Assembly: GCA_902773995.1 (NCBI GenBank)
Contig: CACYGL010000003.1
Location: 1,986-65,985 of the forward strand
Reading direction: 5' to 3'
Source of the DNA: an uncultured Coriobacteriaceae bacterium
GTDB lineage: Bacteria > Actinomycetota > Coriobacteriia > Coriobacteriales > Atopobiaceae
Length of the DNA stretch: 64,000 nt
The notes under the pieces were generated by a model, which ran no database searches, was not told the DNA's origin, and saw only the letters and a program-made list of their open reading frames with translations. A program made the translations under genes and the position numbers. Position 1 is the stretch's first letter; each line of letters begins with the position of its first letter. Of this stretch, positions 52,691 to 61,821 are shown piece after piece.

Positions 52691-53974
52691 ATGGCGAACA
52701 TCCACGACTACCTTGACCTTCGTGGTGACATCACGCTCGAGGAGCGCCCCTTTAACGTGGTAGACGGGCTGATCCTCTCGGTGCTCTCCTACGTTGACTT
52801 TACGGGCATCGTTCCCGGAGAGGGGGAGGGGCCGGTCACCGTCTCGTACGCTTGCGAGGCGCTGCTCGACCGCGCGGGCGGAGACGTTGCGCCCTTCGTG
52901 CGCTCGCTCGCGAAAATCGACGAGCGCTACCTGCGGCTCCTTGGGTCATCCAAGCGTTTTGGGCAGGCTCTCGTACAGGATTACGTGGACGTATTCGACC
53001 ATGACCGCGACCTGCAGTTTGCGGCGCTCACGGTGGAGCTTCCGGGCGGCCTGCGCTTTGTCTCCTTTAGGGGGACTGACAACTCCCTGGTGGGCTGGCG
53101 CGAGGACTTCATGCTGAGCTTCGAGGTCACGGAGGCGCAGCGGCTGGCGGCGGAATACCTGCTGAGACAGGCACGCCATGCCGAGGCCGAGGGTGTGCGC
53201 CTCATGGTGGGCGGCCATTCGAAGGGCGGCAACCTGGCGAGCTTCTCGGCGGTGCTTCTGCCTGAGGAGCTGCAGCACGTGATTGAGCGCGTCTACTCCA
53301 ACGACGGTCCCCTCATGGCGTCGGAGGTCGTGCCCCTGAGCTGCCACGACGTGTACGGCGATCGCTTTGTGCGCATAGTTCCCACCTACAGCGTGGTGGG
53401 CATGCTCTTCGACGATCCGGCAGAGCCCAAGACCATCGTGAGAAGCACCGGCGACGGCGCCCTTCAACACGACCCAACGACCTGGCAGGTACACGCTGAC
53501 TGTCTGGACGAGGCAGACGACCTGCTCCCGCAGTGCAAGCTCGTGAACGCCATCTTCGACAAGTGGATGCGCGGCGCCAACCTTGCGGATCGCGAGCTCT
53601 TCACGCGTCAGGTCTTCGATGCCTTCGAGGCCGGGGGAGCGACCACGTTCGACGAGGTCATGGGCAACCCTGCCAGCACCCAGCGCGTGCTTGCGGCTCT
53701 GAGGGACGCGGACCCCCGCACCAAGGAGCTTCTCGGCGAGCTGGTCCAGGTTGCTGCCGGCAAGACCTGGGATGCAACAGTTGCTGCGGTGGCAAGCGCC
53801 ACGCGCGCTGCCCTAAGTGCCGTGGGGGCCATGCTCCCGCAGCACAGGCTCGCGAGCGAGGGCGACGCTGGCGAGCAGGGACAGGACGAGAAGCCCGTCG
53901 AGAATCCCGTGCTCCCCGAAGGCTCACCCCTCGATGCCGCGCCTGACACCGACGCAGAGGACGCCTCCCTCTGA
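52691..53974 (+). CDS. DUF2974 (Mbeg1-like) alpha/beta-hydrolase-fold protein
   Basis: ATG 52691 follows a GAAGGGA RBS. FRGTDNSLVGWREDF and the nucleophile-elbow-like GGHSKGGNLA are present. Confidence 0.7.
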   Translation: MANIHDYLDLRGDITLEERPFNVVDGLILSVLSYVDFTGIVPGEGEGPVTVSYACEALLDRAGGDVAPFVRSLAKIDERYLRLLGSSKRFGQALVQDYVDVFDHDRDLQFAALTVELPGGLRFVSFRGTDNSLVGWREDFMLSFEVTEAQRLAAEYLLRQARHAEAEGVRLMVGGHSKGGNLASFSAVLLPEELQHVIERVYSNDGPLMASEVVPLSCHDVYGDRFVRIVPTYSVVGMLFDDPAEPKTIVRSTGDGALQHDPTTWQVHADCLDEADDLLPQCKLVNAIFDKWMRGANLADRELFTRQVFDAFEAGGATTFDEVMGNPASTQRVLAALRDADPRTKELLGELVQVAAGKTWDATVAAVASATRAALSAVGAMLPQHRLASEGDAGEQGQDEKPVENPVLPEGSPLDAAPDTDAEDASL

Positions 53975-54060
53975 GGGGCTTATTTGTGTCGCGCCCCCGT
54001 TCCATACTGTGGTCAACACAGAGGACGGCCACACATGCGGCCTTGGGAATGGAGGAAGCC

Positions 54061-54390
54061 ATGTACGAACCTTCTCGCCTCATCTCGTCATTCTTCATTG
54101 CGGGGTTTCAGTACTACGACGGCGCGCTTGTGCTCTCGAGCCTCAAGCCTGGCGAGTCGACCCTCACGCTTGTCCCCGAGCCGGACAACCCTCATGACCC
54201 GGATGCTGTTGCCATCTACTTTGGCAACCACAAGCTGGGCTTTGTTCCCGGAAGCGAGAATGCGCTGATATCGCTTATGTGTCACTACGGCCATGCGGAT
54301 GTCTTTGAGGTCCGGGTGCTGCAAGTCAAGGAAGATGCCGATCCCTGGAAGCAGGTGCGCGTGGGCATCTATGTGACGGATGCCCGCTAG
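54061..54390 (+). CDS. Stand-alone HIRAN domain protein
   Basis: ATG 54061 follows a GGAGGAAG RBS (54049 is an alternative start). The sequence FFIAGFQYYDG...LVPEPDNPHDPDAVAIY...LGFVP is a HIRAN signature. Confidence 0.7.
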   Translation: MYEPSRLISSFFIAGFQYYDGALVLSSLKPGESTLTLVPEPDNPHDPDAVAIYFGNHKLGFVPGSENALISLMCHYGHADVFEVRVLQVKEDADPWKQVRVGIYVTDAR

Positions 54391-54484
54391 CAGGTGCGTT
54401 CCCCTCGGTTCACTTTGATGCGCTAAAGTGGTTCCCACGCACGTGATGCTGCTCGCTGGCACAAACCGGCGTGGGAGGTTGTGG

Positions 54485-54862
54485 ATGACGAGAGACAACT
54501 CGACGCGTGACAACGCGAGTAACCCCGAGGAGACGCAGCGGCTCTGCGAGGCCATGTGTCTAGTGAAGACACCTGAGGAGGCACTCGCCTTCCTCGCTGA
54601 CCTCCTGAGCCCGCACGAGATGTGCGACCTGGCACAACGCCTGGAGGTGGCGACGCTCCTCCGGTCCGGGAGGTCCTATGTGGATGTGTCGAGCACCACG
54701 GGGGCATCGTCCACCACGGTGAGCCGTGTCTCAAAGTGCCTGCGAGGCGAGAGGGGCGGTTACCGGCTTGTGCTGGAGCGCCTTGATGGCGCTGTGGACG
54801 TTGCGGTGCGCGCGGGTGCCGAGAAGGCAGACGGTTTTGGAATGCAAAGGAGACAGGGCTAG
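54485..54862 (+). CDS. YerC/YecD family TrpR-like protein
   Basis: The sequence LCEAMCLVKTPEEALAFLADLLSPHEMCDLAQRLEVATLL..GRSYVDVSSTTGASSTTVSRVSKCL matches the YerC family pattern. Confidence 0.75.
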   Translation: MTRDNSTRDNASNPEETQRLCEAMCLVKTPEEALAFLADLLSPHEMCDLAQRLEVATLLRSGRSYVDVSSTTGASSTTVSRVSKCLRGERGGYRLVLERLDGAVDVAVRAGAEKADGFGMQRRQG

Positions 54863-54864
54863 GC

Positions 54865-57800
54865 ATGCTTCACATTGCGACAACTGCCGAGGAACGCTTG
54901 ACGGGCGCTGAGGTCCGTGCGTGCCTGGAGGAGGCGCTGCGCACCCACGGAACGGCAACGCTTCTGGTCTCGAGCTTTGCCGACCAGCTGGTTGCCCAGA
55001 AGGAGCTCTCTGCATACCCCGCTCTCTCACTTGGCGTGACCGTCACCACGCCTGTTGCGTGGACCAAGGAGCGCTGGGAGGTGTGGGGAGACGGCACGCA
55101 CGTGGTCGAGCCGCTTGCGAGGACCATCGCCGTGCAGCGTGCCATTGCGCAGGCCCCCCAATCGCTAAGTCGCGGCGTGTCGCTCAACGCGGGTACGGTG
55201 CAGCTTCTCTCGTCGCTCGTGCGCGGAGCACTGCCTTGGCTTCCGTTGGATCCTGCGGGCGAGCCAAGCGAGCTTGCCTGCCACGAGGCCGGCCTCACCA
55301 ATGCCGAGATTGGCGTTGTGGCGCTGGCGGGGGAGTACGCGCGCATCATCCATCAGGCGGGCTATGTTGAGGAGTCAGAGGCCATGGCTCGGGTCACTCA
55401 AGCCATGGCAGCGGGGCTTGTCGGCCCTGGTCCCATGTGCGTGACGGGCCTGGGCGAGGCGTCCCGCCCCACGCGCGAGCTTCTGGCAGACCTCGCCTGC
55501 GCAGGAGAGCTCACCATTGTTGTCCAGAGGGGCAACGATGCCGCCCTAGAGGGACAGTGCTCCTCAATTGCGCTGGTCGAGGAGGGCGTTGCCTCGCGCG
55601 GCGGCAGCGTCTCTAGGGAAGGGGAGGCAACTCCCGGGCCGGTGGCTAACGCCGATAGGGCACCAGAGCTTCAGAACCTTGTCAAATCGATCTTTGGTAC
55701 CGAGACGGGCGTCGCGCCTACGGGTGCGGTGGAGCTTCTCGCTCCGGCCGGGCCTCTCGCCGAGGCGGAGCTGGTAGCATCCCGTGTGGTCGAGCTTGCA
55801 AAGTCGGGCGCGCACGAGGTGGTTGTAGTCGCGGCAGACCCCGCCCGAGCTTGGCGCGAACTCTCGCCCAAGCTCTTCTCGCGCGGCGTGACGTGTGAGG
55901 CGGAGCTTTCCTCGCGCGTGGACCAGCTCGAGGCGGGGAGGGCCTTCCTCGAGTTTGCAAGCTCTGTCGCGCAGCTCTCTGAGCTGGCTGCTTCGTGGCC
56001 GGCTCCTGAGGAGAGCCCCGAGGGGGAGCTCGTTGTGTTGGGCGATATGACTTGGTGGCCACCGCGTGCGCTTGCGGACTTTCTGCGTCAGGACATCGCG
56101 CACGTTCCCACCGAGCGTGCCGTCTCGCTTGACCGTGCGTGGCGCGCAGACCGCCTGCTCACCCCCGAGGACGTCCTTGTCACGCTCCAGAACCCCAAGG
56201 CCACAAGCGCTCCCGTTGCTACTGCCACGAGGGAGCTCCTGCGCGGGCGCGTGGGGTCCGCGGCGTCAAAGCTCCTTGCGCCGTACCTGCAGGATGGGGA
56301 GGCCATGCCAGCGGACCTGGTTCCCGACGAGGCCGCGCTCGAGCTGGTTCCCGTTGCGCCCGAGCACAACCGCCTTGAGGACGAGCGCGCCGTCGGCGTC
56401 CTTGACGCGGTGCTGGGGATTGCTGGTACGCTCAAGGACCTGGGGATAACGGCAGACCCAGAGGTCCCGGCGCACGTGAGTCTCTCCACGCTCGTCGAGC
56501 TCTGCGCGCAGGCAATGGCCCAGACCAGCGTGATCGTGCGTCCTGGCGCCTGGGCGGGCGACGGGGCATGTCGATGCAGGATTTATGGCCGCGCGCGGGC
56601 GGCGGGGCTGGCGCCCCTCTCGGCAGATGTCCTTGTCTCCTGCTCGATGACCTCCACCGAGTGGCCAGTTGCCACCGGAGACGACGTCCTCTCGGCGCTT
56701 CTCGAACGCCTGGGGATAGAGCCAAAGTCAAACCCCGCCGCTCACGAGCGCTCCGTCTTCTGGCGAATGCTACGCGTGCCCCGCACAAAACTCATTGTGG
56801 AGAGGTGCGGCGTCGATGCCTCGGGGAGCCCCTGCTACCCGGCTGTTATGCTCACGGAGGTGCTCTCCTGCTATGGCAAGGCGGCAGCCGACAAGGACAA
56901 GGGCATGCCGGTGTGGGTCCGCGGCGAGGGCCAGGCAGACGCAAACCTCAGCACAACTGGTCATGGCATGGATGTCTTGGGCAGAAGCGATCCCTCGCCT
57001 GCTGGCAGTATCTCTGGTGCCAATGCAGCTCTGGTGGTTGTGCCTCCCACGGGCAGGGTTGACCTTGTGGAGGGAAAACCGCTCCTCTCGGCATCGCAAA
57101 TCGAGTCGTACCTCGAGTGCCCGTACAAGTGGTTCAGCCTGCGGCGTCTTCGCCTGCAGGATTCCGATGCCGGCTTTGGCCCAATGGAGATGGGCACCTT
57201 TGCGCACCGCGTGCTGGAGGTTACCCATTCGCGGCTGCTCGCCGACGCGCGGGAGCGCGCGGGGATAGGCGAGGACGGCCATCTCGACCCTTGGGTCATG
57301 CTCCCTGGCTCGCGTGTGCTTGAGGACGATGCGGAGGGCCTTGTCCACGCGCACGAGGTCCTTCTCGCCGAGTTTGAGGAGCACCTCCGCCACCAGAGCC
57401 TGCGCCAGGGAAAGCGCAGCCGCTACCAGGCCTTTGTTCCCCACAACTCCGCAGACGAGGCGCAGCTTGAACAGCTCAGGCACGACCTCGAGACCGCGCT
57501 CGACTACGAGGCGGGCCTCTTTGTGGGCTTCGAGCCGCGCTTCTTCGAGTGGGACTTTGGTACGCAGGACCAGCCTGTGGAATACGCCGGGGCCTGGATT
57601 TGCGGCACCATCGACCGCGTGGACGTTGATGCCCACCAGCAGGCCGTGGTCATCGATTACAAGCACAAGGGGCCAAACGGCTTTGCCAAGGAGTACGGCG
57701 TGACGCCCGTGCATGCCGCCGCAGACGCTCCGCAGGGCGAGGCGGACGAGCAGCGGGCTGCCCCGTATGGCCTGCCCCGCCGCGTCCAGTCGCTCATCTA

Positions 57801-58152
57801 CGGCCAGGTGGTACGCCGCATGCATCCAGAGCTAAAGGTGAGAGCGGCGGTCTACCTGGGAACCCGTGGGAGCCACGCCGTGGGCGGAGCCATCTTGGGC
57901 AATTCCATCGACCGCGTCCTTGGCAGTCATGCCCCCGCAAGGGACCGTTCCCTTGATGCGTACTTGGTCAGCGACAGCGACTCCTACGGCATCGAAGGCG
58001 AGCACGGTATGGAGGCGTACCTCGATGCCACCGAGGCGGCAATTGCCGAGAAGGTGGCCCAGCTCCTTGCAGGAAACGTCGAGGCAAACCCGCTCGATGC
58101 CGCCGCGTGCTCCTTCTGTCCCGTCATGAACTGCGAGAGGAGGCTCTCCTAG
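54865..58152 (+). CDS. addB: AddB/RexB-type helicase-nuclease subunit B
   Basis: The C-terminal PD-(D/E)XK nuclease (VVIDYKHKG) is flanked by Fe-S cysteines (LECPYKW ... CSFCPVMNC). No Walker A motif is recognisable at the N-terminus. The gene is immediately followed by addA. Confidence 0.8.
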   Translation: MLHIATTAEERLTGAEVRACLEEALRTHGTATLLVSSFADQLVAQKELSAYPALSLGVTVTTPVAWTKERWEVWGDGTHVVEPLARTIAVQRAIAQAPQSLSRGVSLNAGTVQLLSSLVRGALPWLPLDPAGEPSELACHEAGLTNAEIGVVALAGEYARIIHQAGYVEESEAMARVTQAMAAGLVGPGPMCVTGLGEASRPTRELLADLACAGELTIVVQRGNDAALEGQCSSIALVEEGVASRGGSVSREGEATPGPVANADRAPELQNLVKSIFGTETGVAPTGAVELLAPAGPLAEAELVASRVVELAKSGAHEVVVVAADPARAWRELSPKLFSRGVTCEAELSSRVDQLEAGRAFLEFASSVAQLSELAASWPAPEESPEGELVVLGDMTWWPPRALADFLRQDIAHVPTERAVSLDRAWRADRLLTPEDVLVTLQNPKATSAPVATATRELLRGRVGSAASKLLAPYLQDGEAMPADLVPDEAALELVPVAPEHNRLEDERAVGVLDAVLGIAGTLKDLGITADPEVPAHVSLSTLVELCAQAMAQTSVIVRPGAWAGDGACRCRIYGRARAAGLAPLSADVLVSCSMTSTEWPVATGDDVLSALLERLGIEPKSNPAAHERSVFWRMLRVPRTKLIVERCGVDASGSPCYPAVMLTEVLSCYGKAAADKDKGMPVWVRGEGQADANLSTTGHGMDVLGRSDPSPAGSISGANAALVVVPPTGRVDLVEGKPLLSASQIESYLECPYKWFSLRRLRLQDSDAGFGPMEMGTFAHRVLEVTHSRLLADARERAGIGEDGHLDPWVMLPGSRVLEDDAEGLVHAHEVLLAEFEEHLRHQSLRQGKRSRYQAFVPHNSADEAQLEQLRHDLETALDYEAGLFVGFEPRFFEWDFGTQDQPVEYAGAWICGTIDRVDVDAHQQAVVIDYKHKGPNGFAKEYGVTPVHAAADAPQGEADEQRAAPYGLPRRVQSLIYGQVVRRMHPELKVRAAVYLGTRGSHAVGGAILGNSIDRVLGSHAPARDRSLDAYLVSDSDSYGIEGEHGMEAYLDATEAAIAEKVAQLLAGNVEANPLDAAACSFCPVMNCERRLS

Positions 58153-61100
58153 TGTCAGGAATAGACCTCTCTACCTTGAACGACCGTCAGCGTCAGATTG
58201 TCTCCACGCTTGACCGCCCTGTCTTTGTCGAAGCTGGGGCCGGCTCCGGCAAGACGTTCACCCTTACGCGCAGGATTGCCTGGGCCCTCTCGCCAGGTTC
58301 CGGCGTGGGCGGCGCGCCCTTTGTGGACGACCTGAGCCAGGTCCTCGTTATCACCTTCACCAACGCCGCCGCGCGCGAGATCAAGGAGCGCGTCCGCTCC
58401 ACGCTTCGCGAGGCTGGCATGCGCGAGCAGGCGCTCATGGTGGATTCTGCCTGGATCAGCACCATCCACGGCATGTGCTCACGCATCCTGAAGCGCCATG
58501 CGCTCGACTTGGGGATAGACCCGTCGTTCAAGGTTGCCGGCGTCAATGAGGCGCGTGCCCTTCTCGAGCAGGCAACAGAGGAGGTCGTGGGGGCCGCGAG
58601 CCGCAGTCACGCGGACGCCGTCCTCAACCGTGCCTTTGAGGAGTACGGCTATGGAACCCTTGGGGGGGCCACCTCCTTCGGCGTGGTATCCATGGTCTTG
58701 GACGTGGTGAATGCCGCGCACTCCTCGCCTGACGGCTTTGACTCGCTTGTCATGGTGGGTGAGCCGGACGTCGAGGGATCCGTCAATCGTCTGAGAGAGG
58801 CCGTGGGCACCCTGGGCGCGCAGTCGGGCATCACACCGGCCGCTCGCGAGGCGGTCATGACGAGCCTGGGGTCTCTCGATGCGTTCCTCTCGGCGCCTCC
58901 GGGCGAGCGCACGCCAGAGGCGGCCACCGCGGCTCTTGCCGGGGTGAAGCTTCCCAACGCGCGAGCAAAGGCACTCAAGGAGCTTGTGCCAGAGGCAAAG
59001 CGCGCCTTGGGCGAGGCAAGGCTCGAGGCCGCGCTTGCTGGCAATGCGCCGCTGGCAGAGGCCCTTGTCTGCCTAGCCCGCAAGGTTGACGAGCGCAACC
59101 TCGAGCTCAAGCGCGAGCAGTCCGTTCTCGACAATGACGACCTTGTTTCGCTTGCTCTTCACGCCGTGCGTGACAACCCCGTTGTTGCCGCGGACTACCG
59201 CGGGCGCTTCAAGCTCGTGATGGTCGACGAGTCGCAGGACACCGATGCCAGCCAGCTCGAGCTCATCACGCTTCTGTCCGGTGACGGTGCGCGCCACCTC
59301 ACCACGGTGGGCGATGCCCAGCAGAGCATCTACCGCTTCCGTGGGGCGGACGTGAGCGTGTTCCGTGCGCGCGGCGAGGAGGTTCCGCAGGATGACCACG
59401 TGCGTCTTGACGTGAACTACCGCAGCCATGCCGATGTCCTCTCATTTGTGGATGCCGTGTGCGGTGGTCCTACTGGCGTGGTCGATGGGTTCATGCATCT
59501 GGAGCCAAACCCCAAGCGGGATGACGGGTATCGCGCCCGCTCTCTCCCGCGCGTAGACGTGGAGGTGACACTTGCCCAGCGTGGCATGGCAACTCTTGCC
59601 TCTGCCACGTGCGCAACTCAGATAGCAGACCGTCTCGCGGCGTATGCCGCTGCAGGCCAGAGCCCGTCCGACATGGCGCTGCTCCTTGGCGCCACCGGCA
59701 AGGCAGACCTTTACATCGATGCGCTGCGCTCCCACGGGCTCGAATGCGTGGTTACGGGTGGCTCGACCTTCACGCGCACCCCCGAGGTCAAGGTCATGGC
59801 CGCCCTGCTCCATACGCTGGCCAACCCTCACGACACCCAGTCGGGCCTCTTCCCGCTTCTTGCCTCTCCCATGTTCGAGCTTGACGCCAACGACTTCGTG
59901 CAGCTGGGGACGCGCAGACAGGACATGGTGGAAGCGCCTACCAAGCGGGCCATCGACCGGGGGATTCAGACCATGTTGTTCTTTGGCGGGGCGCAGCCGT
60001 CGCCACGCCTCAAGGCGGCGCATGAGGTTCTCTCCCGCGCACGTCTGGCGCTGCGCAAGCACCCCGTGGCAGACGTCTGCCTGCAGGTGGTGCGCGAATC
60101 CGGGTGGCTTCATCGCCTTGAGGCCGCCGGTACCGACGGCCTTGCGCAGGAGGCAAACGTCCTGGCAACGGTGCGCTACATTCGCGAGCTCACGCAGGAC
60201 CTTGGCCTTGGCCCGGCGCGCGCCGCCCTTGAGTTTGACCTCTGGCTCGAGGCGGCCAAGGTCCCCCCGGCATCCCTTGCGGGTGGGTCCTCAAATCAAG
60301 TGCAGATCATGACCGTGCATGCCTCGAAGGGCCTCGAGTTCCCCATCGTTGCCATTGCCGAGTGCTGGGCAGATCCGCGCACCTCGGGACCGGTGGTCAC
60401 CGGCCGCGTCGACGCCCGACGCCGAGGCATCATCGTGAAGCCTAAGGGGCTCAAGGTTCCCAAGGAGCTTTCTGCAGATGAGAACCCCCGTAGCTGCGCG
60501 GAGTGGCTTCTCTCGCTCTCAGAGGATGGCGCAAAGCAGGAGGCTGCCGAGAAGACCCGCCTGCTCTACGTGGCGCTCACGCGTGCGAGGGAGGCGCTGG
60601 TCCTGGGGGTTGGCGTGACGCAGTCCTCCTCGGGCGCCTCGCCGGCACTGGCTGCAAACGTCCTTGGGGCGATTGTGGGAACGCCTACGCCTGTGCCGGG
60701 GGTGAGCTCGCTCGAGTACGGCGGCAGCGAACCGGGGCGTCTGAGGTGCGTCTCCCTCGAGCCCAACAATGAGCATGCAGGAAATGGCGCCACGCTTGAC
60801 TCGGCCGGAAGCTTCTTCGACGGCACCGTTGCCAGCGCGGACGAGGTCATCGCCATTGGCGCCACTGTCCAGGCGCCGGCACCCTCAGGCTTCTCGCTTG
60901 TCTCGCCAGATCCTGACCCTGCGGCACCTGCTGTCACCATGTGGCGGCCGCGCGCGGGCGTCTTTAGCTACTCGAGCGCCCATGCGCAGATGCTCGGGGA
61001 CTTCTCGACGTCTGACGTGGCGTCGCTAGACGATGCGGGCCCCGTTGCCGGCGTGGCCGCCCTGCCAACGCGCGCCGAGCGCGACGCCATGCAGGCGGGC

Positions 61101-61655
61101 GCGCCCGTGGTAGGCGATGCCGATAAGGCCACGGGGCTGGGGTCGGCCTTCCACGAGCTCGCCCAAGCCATAGTCGAGGGCGGACAGCGCTTCCCGGTGC
61201 CCGAGCGCATCGCGGCCACTAAGCGCTTCTGGCATCTCTCCAAGCGCGCCGGCGCCAGGCTCGACGAGGCGCTTTCGCGCTGGTGGGGGTCGGACGTGCG
61301 GCAGGAGGCCCTCTCGCACGCGCTCGTGCGCGCGGAGGTTCCCTTCTTCCAGAGGGTGGACTCCGCCTACGGCGGCTACGTGGAGGGCGCCATTGACCTT
61401 CTTGCCACAGACCCAGGCTCTGACCACGCCTGTCTAGTGGACTACAAGACGGGGGACCGCGGCCTCGATGCGCAGACGCTGCGCCGGCGCCACGAGATGC
61501 AGGCCAACTTCTATGCGTACGTCCTCATGAAGCTTGGCTTTGCCTCGGTGAGCTGCCGCTTTGTCTGCGTCGAGCTGGACCGCGCTGACGCTCCCGGCCA
61601 GCCCGTGGTGGTGCCGTACGAGTTTGACGCCACGCACCCGCCGCGCATGGGATAG
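58152..61655 (+). CDS. addA: AddA/RexA-type UvrD-family helicase-nuclease subunit A
   Basis: GTG 58152 overlaps the addB stop. AGAGSGKT, VDESQDT and YRS motifs are present, with a C-terminal nuclease (LVDYKTGD). Confidence 0.85.
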   Translation: MSGIDLSTLNDRQRQIVSTLDRPVFVEAGAGSGKTFTLTRRIAWALSPGSGVGGAPFVDDLSQVLVITFTNAAAREIKERVRSTLREAGMREQALMVDSAWISTIHGMCSRILKRHALDLGIDPSFKVAGVNEARALLEQATEEVVGAASRSHADAVLNRAFEEYGYGTLGGATSFGVVSMVLDVVNAAHSSPDGFDSLVMVGEPDVEGSVNRLREAVGTLGAQSGITPAAREAVMTSLGSLDAFLSAPPGERTPEAATAALAGVKLPNARAKALKELVPEAKRALGEARLEAALAGNAPLAEALVCLARKVDERNLELKREQSVLDNDDLVSLALHAVRDNPVVAADYRGRFKLVMVDESQDTDASQLELITLLSGDGARHLTTVGDAQQSIYRFRGADVSVFRARGEEVPQDDHVRLDVNYRSHADVLSFVDAVCGGPTGVVDGFMHLEPNPKRDDGYRARSLPRVDVEVTLAQRGMATLASATCATQIADRLAAYAAAGQSPSDMALLLGATGKADLYIDALRSHGLECVVTGGSTFTRTPEVKVMAALLHTLANPHDTQSGLFPLLASPMFELDANDFVQLGTRRQDMVEAPTKRAIDRGIQTMLFFGGAQPSPRLKAAHEVLSRARLALRKHPVADVCLQVVRESGWLHRLEAAGTDGLAQEANVLATVRYIRELTQDLGLGPARAALEFDLWLEAAKVPPASLAGGSSNQVQIMTVHASKGLEFPIVAIAECWADPRTSGPVVTGRVDARRRGIIVKPKGLKVPKELSADENPRSCAEWLLSLSEDGAKQEAAEKTRLLYVALTRAREALVLGVGVTQSSSGASPALAANVLGAIVGTPTPVPGVSSLEYGGSEPGRLRCVSLEPNNEHAGNGATLDSAGSFFDGTVASADEVIAIGATVQAPAPSGFSLVSPDPDPAAPAVTMWRPRAGVFSYSSAHAQMLGDFSTSDVASLDDAGPVAGVAALPTRAERDAMQAGAPVVGDADKATGLGSAFHELAQAIVEGGQRFPVPERIAATKRFWHLSKRAGARLDEALSRWWGSDVRQEALSHALVRAEVPFFQRVDSAYGGYVEGAIDLLATDPGSDHACLVDYKTGDRGLDAQTLRRRHEMQANFYAYVLMKLGFASVSCRFVCVELDRADAPGQPVVVPYEFDATHPPRMG

Positions 61656-61706
61656 CGCCCGGGTGGCTGCGGCAATCAGAACAACGTGTGGAGCCTCTGC
61701 TTGAAT

Positions 61707-61739
61707 TCTACCTGCGACAATGCCATTGTCGCAGGTAGA
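61707..61739 (+). terminator. Perfect 16-bp hairpin after addA (no T-tract)
   Basis: TCTACCTGCGACAATG-C-CATTGTCGCAGGTAGA. Confidence 0.5.
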
Positions 61740-61821
61740 GTGGGGTATAGGCCAAAACGCCAGCCACTGGCCTTCTGCTATGCTTTGCCAAACACAAAGC
61801 GTCACCCGGTATGGAGAACAC